Positions 20,901-30,961 are shown, numbered from the stretch's first letter. The stretch is 64,000 bases of DNA from Candidatus Poribacteria bacterium (GCA_963663765.2 CAXXUA010000013.1:384001-448000), one strand, 5' to 3'. The notes: a model not told the origin generated them from the letters alone. Made by a program: numbers and translations.

Positions 20901-21572
20901 ACAGCAACAAACGTTGCACTTGATGAAAAGAATTTATATATTCTGGATAACCGTATTGGAGTGTTAAAATTAGAAATACAGAATCAAACACAACCTACTT
21001 TATTGTCGGAATACACTGACACCAAGATTCCAAGTCACGCAGTCGTTCAAGGTGATTTTCTTTACCTGTTGGACATTGATTCCCTGCAAATTATTGACAC
21101 ACGCACTATGCTTCGTCAAACTCGCTACATACAATCACAGCCTCCTACCAGCCTTGCAGTTACCCATTCTTCTCTTTATGTTACGAGTCAATACCAACTC
21201 AATATATATAGAATTCAAACAGACGCATCAAATCTTGCAGTAGAAGATCCTTCACAGGATTTAAGGCAGAATACAACACTATTTACAGTAGATTCCCAAA
21301 ATAAACTACTACAAAACTACCCAAACCCGTTCAATCCAGAAACGTGGATTCCTTATACACTGATCAAAGGTATAGATGTTTCTCTTTCAATTTATGATGC
21401 AAAAGGACACGTTATCCTACAAGATTCGTTAGGATATCAACCATTTGGCAAGCATATTGCTTACTGGGATGGTCGCAATTCAACGGGTGAACCTGTCGCA
21501 AGTGGAATATATTTCTATACATTATCTGCAGGTGATTTCACATCAACCCGTAAAATGCTTCTACAACGATAA
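17913..21572 (+). CDS. Large secreted zincin metallopeptidase with LVIVD beta-propeller repeats and C-terminal FlgD-Ig/secretion-signal-like domain
   Basis: Hydrophobic N-terminus; GGYFS, LAHEFAHLV…WLEEG (M30/InhA-like); YVYIADG..G…DV repeats; LLQNYPNPFNPETWIPY…YWDGRN..GE.VASGIYFY. Confidence 0.82.
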   Translation: MFDYIKSYSQDPNRFKTLSRCCLIMLIVWFCSLSLGLCSEPWKCGTPLLCEKHPPIQDISKVNAAPAAPMQPGQIERFFIHIPEESINATCVAVGVHCYIYIEEKYQQMITETQAKSIANTFDTRIYPEVHHWLGMEDQPGLDRDNRITILFHDVGMNESGQDYGGYFSPTDQYPTLPSSNRRNMLYMDIFQYKERSQHTFYSSLAHEFAHLVNWYQNGGTTDQRWLEEGIASFTEWGIYGTVHNLFVDGYLADPSMSLTTANNNEIYYGAAYMLMLYLYEKHGGINFIRDIAAENKLGIPAINATLGETKSYIDVFLNWGIANWFNNQTRGRVFSYQNLPNRRITAQTSRITRYPKTSNEIPVDSWGINYILFDNLPDIFELTLSAKTPEKLHANIVYFSTNTDIPKVIPIPTISRQNNTNVNSVNKITIGNVHQNGQILLVVTSEYPQQFRYEAKLGSGTVWIDIASTPNTSLRIIDPLDNHWINDDIIYPIFSNTQPIYEGRTEGKTLITPNVYPKLQPRSQIHLSSNYKDIIVREEILFAASGWGLELFSLNPLPTLIGEIGTPGTASAITKTDNYVYIADGEFGVHLIDVTTPKTPMIVKTLGGFHDAVDVYYADGDLYTLDRVRGLLVFNHQDNLNNENPLPRRSFQIAGTPFKVSKSHDGKIYVSDDTHGLYILRSDPLGGYNVIDTIPFLAHDFEVFGQYALVASSNLRIFDIEPPATSHQISRLNTPGQLSSVKYFQGMLYLTDQHTGLHIINLDSVQNPRLVSTHPTVGTAEDVAFLHSFSPDKTYAYVADGKHGIQTLDVTRPEKPIWINHYKTTGYTNAIDVVAENEKITIVIANGLDGLKTAEMTNPYSGKIIREVRSISGEQGALSVKIHQNHAFVGTDIGMDVVNLDTGEVISHIVTASPVWDINIIKNHAYLCAKSLYVVDISSPESSIIVSNRRLSGTAFKMVHSDSFAYVASLDGGVHIMDISAPALPRPISNYITVGTATNVALDEKNLYILDNRIGVLKLEIQNQTQPTLLSEYTDTKIPSHAVVQGDFLYLLDIDSLQIIDTRTMLRQTRYIQSQPPTSLAVTHSSLYVTSQYQLNIYRIQTDASNLAVEDPSQDLRQNTTLFTVDSQNKLLQNYPNPFNPETWIPYTLIKGIDVSLSIYDAKGHVILQDSLGYQPFGKHIAYWDGRNSTGEPVASGIYFYTLSAGDFTSTRKMLLQR

Positions 21573-21909
21573 TGTAAACTTTTATACATTATATATTTAT
21601 AGGACGTAACCTCAGATCTTGACTTCTTACAAGATTTTCTCACCTTCTTTCAACATTTGTGTTTCTGTAACCCAAAAATAAATGTTTACGTTAAAATGTA
21701 TAGGCAAAGTCGGATACTGTGTCAATACATTAAATTCAAAAGCGTATACAATCCAACACTAAAATCTACATTTTAATGTTACTTTAGCGATTATACTTTC
21801 AGTCCAAACGTGTTAATTATAAGACTTGAGTAAGTTGGAATAGCAGAAATACCACAATATCCATTTAACTCTATTTTGGTAGATTAATGATTTAATTACA
21901 CACTTAACA

Positions 21910-21974
21910 GGTAGGAGCGACTGGGAAATCAACCGTATGAATGCTTTATGGTATTCTCGTAGGTCGCTGCCACC
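21910..21974. repeat. GTAGGAGCGACC-type REP palindrome interrupted by a 35-bp insert
   Basis: Compare the uninterrupted copy at 55839-55868. Confidence 0.7.
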
Positions 21975-22117
21975 GAATGCAAGAGGGATAATAAATAGCA
22001 CAACTACCTAAGCAGTTAACTGGAAACAATGTTTAATTATTTACATAATTCACCATAATAATCTTTTTGATATTCATATCTTTCTTCATAGTAGACTTTT
22101 CACAAGGAGACTAACGG

Positions 22118-23860
22118 ATGGCAGCCAACAGTGTATCTGGTAGCTTTAAGGGAATTGAGGTAAGTTTTTCATTCAATGGCCCCCAAATTGTCATGAGCGT
22201 ATTGAATACAATAGAGGACGGTAGACGGTTACGTGTGATGTTTCAACAGCAACCGATTAGTGGGCGTGTCAATTGGACCTCTTTGCAACTTACTGAGCAA
22301 ACACAAAATGTTGTCGTTCCCCCTGAGGTAATTAATTCGCACAAGATTGTTTTTTATGTTGACGATGATGAACCGATTGTAACTTATACGGAAGGTATAT
22401 TGGATGAACTTCAACACTTACAAGTACCAGAAAGGGATAATGATAACCTACAAACATCAACTGATGAGTTAGTACCACCTGAACCAAAACAACACACCTC
22501 CGAGTCGAATGAAGAGTCGAATGAAGAAAAGTATAATAAGAAAACTGATGAGTTAGTACCTGAACCAAAACAACACACCTCCGAGTCGAATGAAGAAAAG
22601 TATAATAAGAAAGTAGAAAATAGTACAAATGGGAGTCAAGTTACAAACATACTTCCAAATAAAGTTGATTCCGTGAATAGTCTTGCCGATAATGTATCTT
22701 TACATACTCAAACAGATGAAAAAACAGGTGAGAAAGGATCTGCAGACGATATTGGTAACATGAATTTAAAGATGGAAGACTCGTCTCCAATTGATCCTCA
22801 AAATTCTGTCACCAATCCGAAAACTGATATGCATCAACCATCACCACAGCAAGATGTACCGAAAGCAACTATTCCCAATCAGAAACCTACCGAACAACCC
22901 ATCCCAAAGCGAAAGACACACTATGTTGAGCGATATGCTCCACAAGTTAGTACTGAGTTGCAGTTTAAAATCAAAGTGCCTACAATACCGAAAAGTGCAT
23001 CTAAAAAAGAAGTGACTTTTATTCCATCACGTTCAGCAATTTCATCAAAGTCCAATAACAAAAAGTACGGTCTTTTTGGACAATTAGCTGGAGCAATCGG
23101 TCTAAACGTATCTAAAAAGAAACATTATTTCATGCAGGAAAACCAGCATCTTTATGAGAAATTCCATGCAAACTTGGAAAAAATGGAACGTGATTACAAC
23201 GATGGAAGTGGTATACCGTTAGATAAATGGGATCTTGCGTCTCTAAGTGAACAGCAAACAGCAGTTTTGCTCTTGAATCTTATGGTTAACGAATTAAATT
23301 CATGGAAAAAGGATGCGAAAAAAGCGAGTTCTACGAAAAACACACTTGCGAAATCCCTTGAGGAAATTGAGAAAGAACTGAAACAAATCCTAAAACAGAC
23401 AAGAGGTATTGATGCACCTTCCCCTACACTGTTCCCAGACAGAACAGCCGCATCAGAACAGGATTTGATGCGTATTCAGAAAGACTGTGATGTGTACCTT
23501 GAACGTTTTTCTGAAAAACTTGCTGTGCTTGAACAAAATCATGCAGAAAAAGTGCGTGTCCCAGCATTCAAAAAGTTTTTGCTTGAATTTGTACGAGACA
23601 AATTATTCCCAAAAGCTGCTGAGTTTAGTTCTATGAAATCCGTTCAAAAAAGATTAAATTGGTTCCTCAATTTAGTTGATTTTGAATTGATACCAATTGA
23701 ACCGGGAAAAACAAAGTTTTCTTCAGAGCATCATGAAGTGAAAGAAAAACGTAGCAGCGATCTTGAATCTAATACAATTGTTGAGGTCGTCTCACCCGGT
23801 TTACAGACTAAAGACGGTAAGAGGATTATTCAAAATGCTGTTGTAATTCAGGCGGAGTAG
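22118..23860 (+). CDS. Large protein with low-complexity middle and C-terminal GrpE-like domain
   Basis: C-terminus LIPIEPGKTKFSSEHHEV…TIVEVVSPGL…RIIQNAVV resembles the GrpE beta head; helical region before it; AAGGAG RBS. Confidence 0.65.
   Translation: MAANSVSGSFKGIEVSFSFNGPQIVMSVLNTIEDGRRLRVMFQQQPISGRVNWTSLQLTEQTQNVVVPPEVINSHKIVFYVDDDEPIVTYTEGILDELQHLQVPERDNDNLQTSTDELVPPEPKQHTSESNEESNEEKYNKKTDELVPEPKQHTSESNEEKYNKKVENSTNGSQVTNILPNKVDSVNSLADNVSLHTQTDEKTGEKGSADDIGNMNLKMEDSSPIDPQNSVTNPKTDMHQPSPQQDVPKATIPNQKPTEQPIPKRKTHYVERYAPQVSTELQFKIKVPTIPKSASKKEVTFIPSRSAISSKSNNKKYGLFGQLAGAIGLNVSKKKHYFMQENQHLYEKFHANLEKMERDYNDGSGIPLDKWDLASLSEQQTAVLLLNLMVNELNSWKKDAKKASSTKNTLAKSLEEIEKELKQILKQTRGIDAPSPTLFPDRTAASEQDLMRIQKDCDVYLERFSEKLAVLEQNHAEKVRVPAFKKFLLEFVRDKLFPKAAEFSSMKSVQKRLNWFLNLVDFELIPIEPGKTKFSSEHHEVKEKRSSDLESNTIVEVVSPGLQTKDGKRIIQNAVVIQAE
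22459..22612 (+). repeat. Intragenic in-frame tandem duplication (TDELV(P)PEPKQHTSESNEE…KYNKK x2)
   Basis: Two near-identical ~70-84 bp units that differ by in-frame indels. Confidence 0.9.
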
Positions 23861-23863
23861 TAT

Positions 23864-24877
23864 GTGGTAACCCCAGAAAAACTTATCCAAAGAATTGCAG
23901 AAATACCCCAAGTAAATATTGGTCACTTCCCAACACCACTTGAGGAATGTCGAAGACTATCCAAAGAACTTGGTGGTCCTCGCATTTTCATAAAACGTGA
24001 AGATTGTTCTGGATTAGCGTTTGGTGGAAACAAAGTTAGACAATTGACTTTCACACTTGGCGAAGCCGTAGATCAAGATGCAGATACAATCGTTCATGGA
24101 GCATCGTCCCAATCAAATCATTGTAGGCAAGCTGCCGCAGCATGTAGTAAACTCGGATTAAACTGTTATATACGCCTTGCAAAGGATCACAAGAGTATTG
24201 TGCAAGGCAATTTACTGTTAGACCATTTAGCTGGCGCTGATGTTGAAATCGTAGATATACCGTTTGGTCCTGAATTAGAGGAATTTAAGCTAAGTCTGGC
24301 AAAGAAACTACGTGCAGACGGTTTGAAACCTTATGTTGTCACATCACCACGTTCAACTGCTCTTGCAGCAGTTGCATTCACTTGGTGCATCGCGGAATTA
24401 CACGAACAGCAGAAACAACTTGGGATTGATGCTGATTGGATATATACTTCGTCAGTAGGTGGAACACAAGCTGGATTAGTCCTTGGAACGAAAGCATTGG
24501 ACATGAATCTAAAACCCTATGCGATCGCGCCAGTTCATTGGGATGGTAAAACTGATAGAATCCGTGAAGCAGCAAATTCTGCGGCAACAATATTAGAACT
24601 TGACACACAGATCATGAATTCAGATATTCTCAATACAGATGATTATATCGGTGAAGGTTATGGATATATTACGCCAGAAGGCGTTGACGCCCTAAAACTA
24701 TTGGCAAGAACTGAAGGTATAATACTTGATCCTGTTTATACCTCAAAAGCTATGGCTTGCCTGATTGATCATATCAAACAGGGTAGACTCGATTCAAGCG
24801 ATACCGTGATTTTTCTTCATACAGGCGGAACACCAGCATTGTTTGCATATAATGAAGAAATATATGCAAAGATATAA
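23864..24877 (+). CDS. D-cysteine desulfhydrase / ACC deaminase family PLP enzyme
   Basis: IKRED…GGNKVR, QSNHCR, GGTQAG, LDPVYTSK, FLHTGG. Confidence 0.9.
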   Translation: MVTPEKLIQRIAEIPQVNIGHFPTPLEECRRLSKELGGPRIFIKREDCSGLAFGGNKVRQLTFTLGEAVDQDADTIVHGASSQSNHCRQAAAACSKLGLNCYIRLAKDHKSIVQGNLLLDHLAGADVEIVDIPFGPELEEFKLSLAKKLRADGLKPYVVTSPRSTALAAVAFTWCIAELHEQQKQLGIDADWIYTSSVGGTQAGLVLGTKALDMNLKPYAIAPVHWDGKTDRIREAANSAATILELDTQIMNSDILNTDDYIGEGYGYITPEGVDALKLLARTEGIILDPVYTSKAMACLIDHIKQGRLDSSDTVIFLHTGGTPALFAYNEEIYAKI

Positions 24878-24902
24878 ATTTTAACCAAGTTTTCTGACAA
24901 GA

Positions 24903-25697
24903 TCATTCTTCCTTGTTCTGATACTTTTCATGATGCACAATTTCTGTCGTCTCTAATCTGACAGAACTCTGACTTTCCTTATTCACATACCCCATTCTTA
25001 ATAGCGTTATAACTTCATGATGTAGTGGTATATTAAAATGTTGTTTTATTTTATCTCGGTCTGTTTCATTTTCTAAGGGTGCACTAATAAATTGCACACC
25101 AATATCAAGTGAGGTAGCGGTCAACAGCATATTTTGTATTAGCATACCAATGCTCAGTAGCATCCATCGGGTTGCACCTTCACCTGGTGGTCTGCGTTCA
25201 GTATCCATTGTAATCATTACTAGCAATGGTGCTTCTCGAACCTCTGTAGCAATTTGTCTTGCCGGGTCTTTACCACCACCCATACGTCCCAACATAGATA
25301 ATACTTTCCTATTATTTAGCAACCCTTTTAAAACCCTAACTGTAATACCATCAGAGGATTTCTGTATAAACTTAGGTATGGAGACATGATCTGTAAGTAG
25401 TACACCATCTCCATATTTTTGCCATTCCGTTTCATTTATACGCATCCATTGACTATTATCTTCCAAAAACTGCGTGTCTTTGAACTGAGTCAAAATAGCT
25501 TGTTCGGTCATATCTGCAAGTGTATTTTTTCCTTCAGAATCTCGTATGATAATTATTGACCAAGGTTGAACATTAAAGGGTGACGGTGTCCACCGTGCAG
25601 CTTCAATCAACATATTCAGATCATTTTCTTCAATTACCCGATCTTGATATTCTTTGCGATGACTACGCCGTTGTGTTATTGCATCTAAGACATTCAT
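24903..25697 (-). CDS. Nitroreductase family protein
   Basis: RRSHR, AARWTPSPFNVQPW, QNMLLTATSLDIG. Confidence 0.85.
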   Translation of the reverse strand: MNVLDAITQRRSHRKEYQDRVIEENDLNMLIEAARWTPSPFNVQPWSIIIIRDSEGKNTLADMTEQAILTQFKDTQFLEDNSQWMRINETEWQKYGDGVLLTDHVSIPKFIQKSSDGITVRVLKGLLNNRKVLSMLGRMGGGKDPARQIATEVREAPLLVMITMDTERRPPGEGATRWMLLSIGMLIQNMLLTATSLDIGVQFISAPLENETDRDKIKQHFNIPLHHEVITLLRMGYVNKESQSSVRLETTEIVHHEKYQNKEE

Positions 25698-25854
25698 TCA
25701 GTTACAAATACCTTTTCAAAATACTGCTGTTTCAGATAGAAAACATAGAATTCATTAGTTCTGTTATTCCAATTTATTATACCATATAATAAGTTTAGTA
25801 CTATCATTTTTTATACTATATTACACACCACATAAAATTCTTATCAGTTAATAC

Positions 25855-25952
25855 TGCGAATCTCTTAAATTCGATATTGTCCAAATTCACCAGATCTTAT
25901 GTCTGCTAAATCGGTGTTAGAATCCCCTCCTCCCATTTATGAGATACGTTTT
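25855..25952. repeat. ~97-bp repeat element (second copy)
   Basis: Matches 17477-17574. Confidence 0.65.
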
Positions 25953-26085
25953 AGTAAAAGAATCAATAAATTGTACATTTTTTTTATAGATATTAACAAT
26001 ACCAGTCTATACGTAATTTGCATTATCTCCTCGTATGTGTTAATATATAAAGAGTTGAAAATAGACAAAATCATTGGAGGAAATG

Positions 26086-27138
26086 ATGTATAAAATCGGT
26101 CTCATCCCTGGAGATGGAATCGGCCCCGAAGTTACCTGCGAAGCGATGAAGGTATTCGGGGCTGCAACTGCACAAGAAGGAATAAAATACGAAACGGTCG
26201 AATACGATATCGGAGGAGATAGGTTTCTGGAAACTGGTGAAGTTTTACCAGATTCGGTTCTTGAAGAATTACGAGAACTTGATGCTATTTATCTCGGTGC
26301 TATTGGACATCCTGATGTCAAACCTGGAATATTAGAACAAGGCATACTTTTAAAAGTCCGTTTTGAACTTGATCTCTATATAAACTTGCGACCTGTGAAA
26401 TTATATCCAGGTGTTCCTACACCATTAAAGGATAAAGGACCGGAAGATATTGATTTTATCATTGTACGTGAGAATACAGAAGGCTTATACTCTGGTATCG
26501 GAGGACACTTAAAACGCGGAACAAAAGATGAAGTTGTAATTCAAGAGATGATCAATACCTACAAGGGTATAGAAAGATGTGTCCGTTATGCTTATGAACT
26601 CACTCGTAAACGTGACAAGACGAATACATTAACCACCTGCGACAAAGCAAATGTTTTAACCTATGCACATGACCTTTGGCGGCGGGTCTTTGATGAAGTT
26701 GGTGAAGACTATCCAGATATAAAAAGGGAATATGCGTTTGTTGATGCAACAACCATGTGGATGGTAAAGAATCCTGAGTGGTTTGATGTAATCGTAACTT
26801 GTAACATGTTTGGAGACATCATAACTGATCTCGGTGCAATGATTCAGGGAGGCATGGGAGTCGCTGCATCAGGGAATCTTAACCCAGAAAGTGTGGCAAT
26901 GTTTGAACCAATACACGGTTCTGCACCACGTTATACAGGAAAAAACCAAATTAACCCTATTGCAGCAATAGGAGCTGCAGCAATGATGCTTGACCATCTC
27001 GGACATGCAACGGCAGCTACAAAAGTTGAAGACTCTATTAGCAACCTGCTTGCAAGTGGAAAAATAAAGGATCTTGGTGCTGGTCGTATGGGATACACGA
27101 CTGAAGAAGTTGGTGACTTAATAGCAAATAGCTTGTAA
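26086..27138 (+). CDS. leuB: 3-isopropylmalate dehydrogenase
   Basis: [40 protein letters not shown]; GGAGG RBS (start could be 26083). Confidence 0.88.
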   Translation: MYKIGLIPGDGIGPEVTCEAMKVFGAATAQEGIKYETVEYDIGGDRFLETGEVLPDSVLEELRELDAIYLGAIGHPDVKPGILEQGILLKVRFELDLYINLRPVKLYPGVPTPLKDKGPEDIDFIIVRENTEGLYSGIGGHLKRGTKDEVVIQEMINTYKGIERCVRYAYELTRKRDKTNTLTTCDKANVLTYAHDLWRRVFDEVGEDYPDIKREYAFVDATTMWMVKNPEWFDVIVTCNMFGDIITDLGAMIQGGMGVAASGNLNPESVAMFEPIHGSAPRYTGKNQINPIAAIGAAAMMLDHLGHATAATKVEDSISNLLASGKIKDLGAGRMGYTTEEVGDLIANSL

Positions 27139-27152
27139 CTTTTGGGAAGTGT

Positions 27153-27905
27153 CTATTCTAATCTTGCAGTGAAGTTTATTCGGTCTGAAGAACGGTTCCA
27201 TTTATTGAAGGTATACATGTCATAAGCACTCAACATACTGTAGCCTGAAGTTTTCAACGCATTACTCACTGTAGCAACTTCAAAGATACGTTGCATGTGA
27301 ACTTCTTCATATCTTCTAAACAATTCACCTTCCCTAATAAAAAAGGTTAAAAAGGTTCTGCACATTTTTGTATGAAACATGTAATTGTTCTTCCAAATGT
27401 ATGAATAATCTTGGTGATTCGTGGAAAATGTCCTATTGTGAAAGTGTTCAACAATATTCCGTTCAGTAGTAATATCAAAGATAAAAAGACCCTTAGGCGC
27501 AAGATGTTTGGATACAGTCTCAAATATAGTATTAAGTTCTTCTACGTTTGTTGCATAGTTTATACTGTCATAGGTACATAGTATCGCGTCAAACTGTTGG
27601 TCTAATTGGAAATTAAGCATATCACCATGTTGAAATGTAATTTGTAATTTCTGTTTCTCTGCTTTTTGTTTTGCTATATTTAACATCCCCATTGCCTTGT
27701 CTATACCGGTCATCTGGTATCCTTTTAAGGCAAATAAAACAGTTAAAGCACCAGTACCACACGCAATATCAAGAACTTTTTTCGGTTTATGACCATATAG
27801 ACCAAAAATTGATTCAATATAATCACACCAACGTGTATAGTTGACGTTTTTCATCATTCGGTCATAAGCATAAGCAAATTTTTCATAGGGGGGTGTTAAT
27901 AACAT
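27153..27905 (-). CDS. Class I SAM-dependent methyltransferase
   Basis: VLDIACGTG, GDM, DSINY, GLFIFD. Confidence 0.9.
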   Translation of the reverse strand: MLLTPPYEKFAYAYDRMMKNVNYTRWCDYIESIFGLYGHKPKKVLDIACGTGALTVLFALKGYQMTGIDKAMGMLNIAKQKAEKQKLQITFQHGDMLNFQLDQQFDAILCTYDSINYATNVEELNTIFETVSKHLAPKGLFIFDITTERNIVEHFHNRTFSTNHQDYSYIWKNNYMFHTKMCRTFLTFFIREGELFRRYEEVHMQRIFEVATVSNALKTSGYSMLSAYDMYTFNKWNRSSDRINFTARLE

Positions 27906-27914
27906 TGACTCTTT

Positions 27915-28304
27915 TCACTCATTTACTTGTTTGTAGCCAACAGATGCATTGAGCATACTCAAGAGCGCATTTATTTCTTTAGTAGTCCAAGTTTCATCTG
28001 CATTTGCTTCAATAGCAAAATCACCAGCGATTTTTAGTTTACGAATTTTAATTTTACCAGTTAAAAAACTAAAGGGTATGCGTTGTGCTGCATTCTTTAC
28101 TCTTTCAAGTGTATTAATTATATATTCCCGATCAACGTCTTCTGGGGCTTGGCGGATCATAGCATCCTTCAACATTTCTGTCCCAAAACCGAACAAAACT
28201 ATGATGATAAACCACTGTAAAATTGAAAGGCAGACCATAAACACCAATAATACAGTTAAGACTTTAGTTAAATGCCGTTTCCATTTTGAATTGTCCTTGC
28301 TCAT
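27915..28304 (-). CDS. Hypothetical protein with N-terminal membrane anchor
   Basis: 129-aa ORF, hydrophobic N-terminus, GAGG RBS, tightly linked to the methyltransferase. Confidence 0.6.
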   Translation of the reverse strand: MSKDNSKWKRHLTKVLTVLLVFMVCLSILQWFIIIVLFGFGTEMLKDAMIRQAPEDVDREYIINTLERVKNAAQRIPFSFLTGKIKIRKLKIAGDFAIEANADETWTTKEINALLSMLNASVGYKQVNE

Positions 28305-28446
28305 AATTGGAATTCCTCATTCAAAAATACGAAATCATCAAGATTATCAGTAATTTAGCATTTAATTCGCATTTTGTCAATCTAAATCAATTTGATCACA
28401 CTGTTATATATGCATAACAAACTTATCAACAGAAAAACAATAATCT

Positions 28447-29562
28447 ATGAAAATTGGTATCGTAGGTCGACCACATACAGGAAAAACAACGGTATTTAAT
28501 GCATTAGCACAGTCTAATGCAGAAATTGGTGGTTATGTCAACAACAAACAGATAAACCTAAGTACTGTTTCAGTAACTGATGAACGTTTGAATACTTTAG
28601 CAGAAATATTCAAATCAAAACAAAGTAAAACTGCAACCATTGATTATTTAGATGGAGGTGGGACTTCTCGGTCAGCAAGACACACTGATGCTGGAGTATT
28701 GAGAAGTGCAGAATTGGATACAAATGTATTGGCTGAACTCCGGACTGTTGATGCACTTGCACATGTCGTTAGACTCTTTGAGGATGATACTGTACCCCAT
28801 GTTGATGGCTCTGTAGATGCTGAACGAGACATTGAATCCATTAGTTTAGAATTCACATTTGCTGACTTAACTGTGATTGAGGGACGTCTTACCCGCCTTG
28901 AGAAACAACTGAAAAATCAGAATACACCTGAGAACCAAAATGAGTATAAGGTATTAGAAGAATGCAAACAAAAACTTGATATGGGGACTCCATTGCGTAC
29001 ACATACATTTTCAGAAAACGAGGAAAAAATGATTCGCGGTTATGGGTTCTTAACACAAAAACCTTTGCTCTTAATTATCAACATCAGTGAAAACCAACTA
29101 ACACAGACAGATGTGATTTTTCAGCAATTTGCAAAGTATGAAACCCATAAACAGACTTCCGTTTTCGTGCTTGCTGCACAATTAGAGATGGAAATTGCGC
29201 AGCTGGATGCTACTGATGCAGACATTTTTGTAAGAGAAATGGGACTGAAAACATCTGCAATGGAGCGCTTTATACAGACATCTTATGAACTCTTGGGATT
29301 AATTACATTTTTTACAGGTGGACCAAAAGAAACAAGAGCAAGGACACTTCGTAAAGGTCAAACCGCCGTTGATGCTGCTGGTATGATACACACGGATTTT
29401 GCATCTGGTTTTATCCGCGCAGAATGTATCAATTGGGAGAACTTAGTCAATTCTGGTAGTTATACAGAAGCTAAAAGTAAAGGATTATTGAGAACTGAAG
29501 GAAAAACATATCAAGTTCAAGAAGGAGATGTCCTAAACATTTTAGCAAATACTTCAAGTTAG
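28447..29562 (+). CDS. ychF: YchF/Ola1-family ATPase (divergent)
   Basis: GRPHTGKT P-loop, HVVRLFED, LLGLITFFT, AAGMIHTDF..GFIRAE, EGKTY.V.EGDV. Confidence 0.8.
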   Translation: MKIGIVGRPHTGKTTVFNALAQSNAEIGGYVNNKQINLSTVSVTDERLNTLAEIFKSKQSKTATIDYLDGGGTSRSARHTDAGVLRSAELDTNVLAELRTVDALAHVVRLFEDDTVPHVDGSVDAERDIESISLEFTFADLTVIEGRLTRLEKQLKNQNTPENQNEYKVLEECKQKLDMGTPLRTHTFSENEEKMIRGYGFLTQKPLLLIINISENQLTQTDVIFQQFAKYETHKQTSVFVLAAQLEMEIAQLDATDADIFVREMGLKTSAMERFIQTSYELLGLITFFTGGPKETRARTLRKGQTAVDAAGMIHTDFASGFIRAECINWENLVNSGSYTEAKSKGLLRTEGKTYQVQEGDVLNILANTSS

Positions 29563-29813
29563 GTATATAATTCTCATTATTCTGTCGAATTTTCTAATGG
29601 TAAACGTGAACCCGTTAATAGTCTTTGCAGAGCAAAATGTTCGTTTGGGTTGCACAGATGCACATACAAAAAGTTTGTGCTACAGTTGATTTTCCTATTT
29701 GATGGGTTTTATATGACAAAATATGAAAACACCTACCTAAGAGAACCACCAATAGCAGTAGAAATTCTTATTGTGATAGGATTTTTAGAAATTAGGATAA
29801 GATATTAATGTCA

Positions 29814-30896
29814 TCAACTCCGACTGGGTAAAAGTGTTTGTCTTAACAGATCCCCAGTGTATATTGCACTTGGAAGTACTTCACACTCCGCCCAACATCC
29901 AGGACACTTATTTACCCAATTTCGTTGTTTCTGAATATCAGCATTATCCCAGAGATCAGCAAACTTATGATCTCTCAGATTTCCAACAGATTTAGTGTTG
30001 AATTGACATGTAGGTACGCGACCATCTGGCAGTATTCGGAGATGTGCGTTCAAGGCGACACATTTTGGATTAGGTGTTCCTTTATCACCAAGTAGCCGAT
30101 TTCGAATTCCGAGTAGATAATACCTTTTGGCAATACGATCCATGAGAGGATAACTCACTAAGTCCTTTTCAATTTCATCAAAAAGCGATTTAAGATGTTC
30201 GTTAGTAAATTCACCAAACGTGGTGAATTCACCAATCTGTGTTGGCGCGACCTCTACTTCTTCTTCCAAATTGTATGTCGCACTAATGTCATACGCCATA
30301 ACAACATTGTTCCGGATACCTAACGGTTTCAAAAAGTGTCTCAATCGTTTGTAATGTTCTACACCTTCAGCATCAACGATTGTCTGGTTTACAGTAAGGT
30401 TCAATCGTAGTTCTTTCTGACGAGGAGCAAGAGATTCTAACGTCTTTACTATGAAATCCCACGCTTTATCATGTCCACGCACTGTGTTGTGTTTGTCTTT
30501 CATTCCATCAACAGAAACAAGCAAACTTAATGGAACAGTTTTTTCTCGATTTTCACAGAAATTTATTATTCGATCAGACAAAAACCCATTTGTTGTTACA
30601 TGTAAGATTAAAGGTTTAAGTTTTTCTTGGACAAGATGTGCAATGTCCAACATATCACGACGAACGAATGGTTCTCCACCTGTTAACCGTACAGCATCCA
30701 TACGGGGTAATTGATTAAATATATCTTCTATTTCTTGTAAGTCTAAATCGTTTGGTGAAGGTTTACGCCAAGAATCGCACATAATGCATCGTGCATTGCA
30801 TGAAAAAGTAACGGTATATGTCAAGAATCGAGGTAATGTTTTCATCCGTTGTTTTGCACGCCAAACAGTAGCAAAATACGATAGAATGCGATTCAT
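29814..30896 (-). CDS. Radical SAM protein with C-terminal SPASM/Twitch domain
   Basis: CNARCIMC, TGGEPF, TTNG; C…PDG.V.TC…GN…CPGCWAEC. Confidence 0.9.
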   Translation of the reverse strand: MNRILSYFATVWRAKQRMKTLPRFLTYTVTFSCNARCIMCDSWRKPSPNDLDLQEIEDIFNQLPRMDAVRLTGGEPFVRRDMLDIAHLVQEKLKPLILHVTTNGFLSDRIINFCENREKTVPLSLLVSVDGMKDKHNTVRGHDKAWDFIVKTLESLAPRQKELRLNLTVNQTIVDAEGVEHYKRLRHFLKPLGIRNNVVMAYDISATYNLEEEVEVAPTQIGEFTTFGEFTNEHLKSLFDEIEKDLVSYPLMDRIAKRYYLLGIRNRLLGDKGTPNPKCVALNAHLRILPDGRVPTCQFNTKSVGNLRDHKFADLWDNADIQKQRNWVNKCPGCWAECEVLPSAIYTGDLLRQTLLPSRS

Positions 30897-30961
30897 AGAT
30901 TTTTCCTTTTATTCAGTGTTCTATGCGGTACCCAAAAGCATTCAATTGTCACAATATATCT

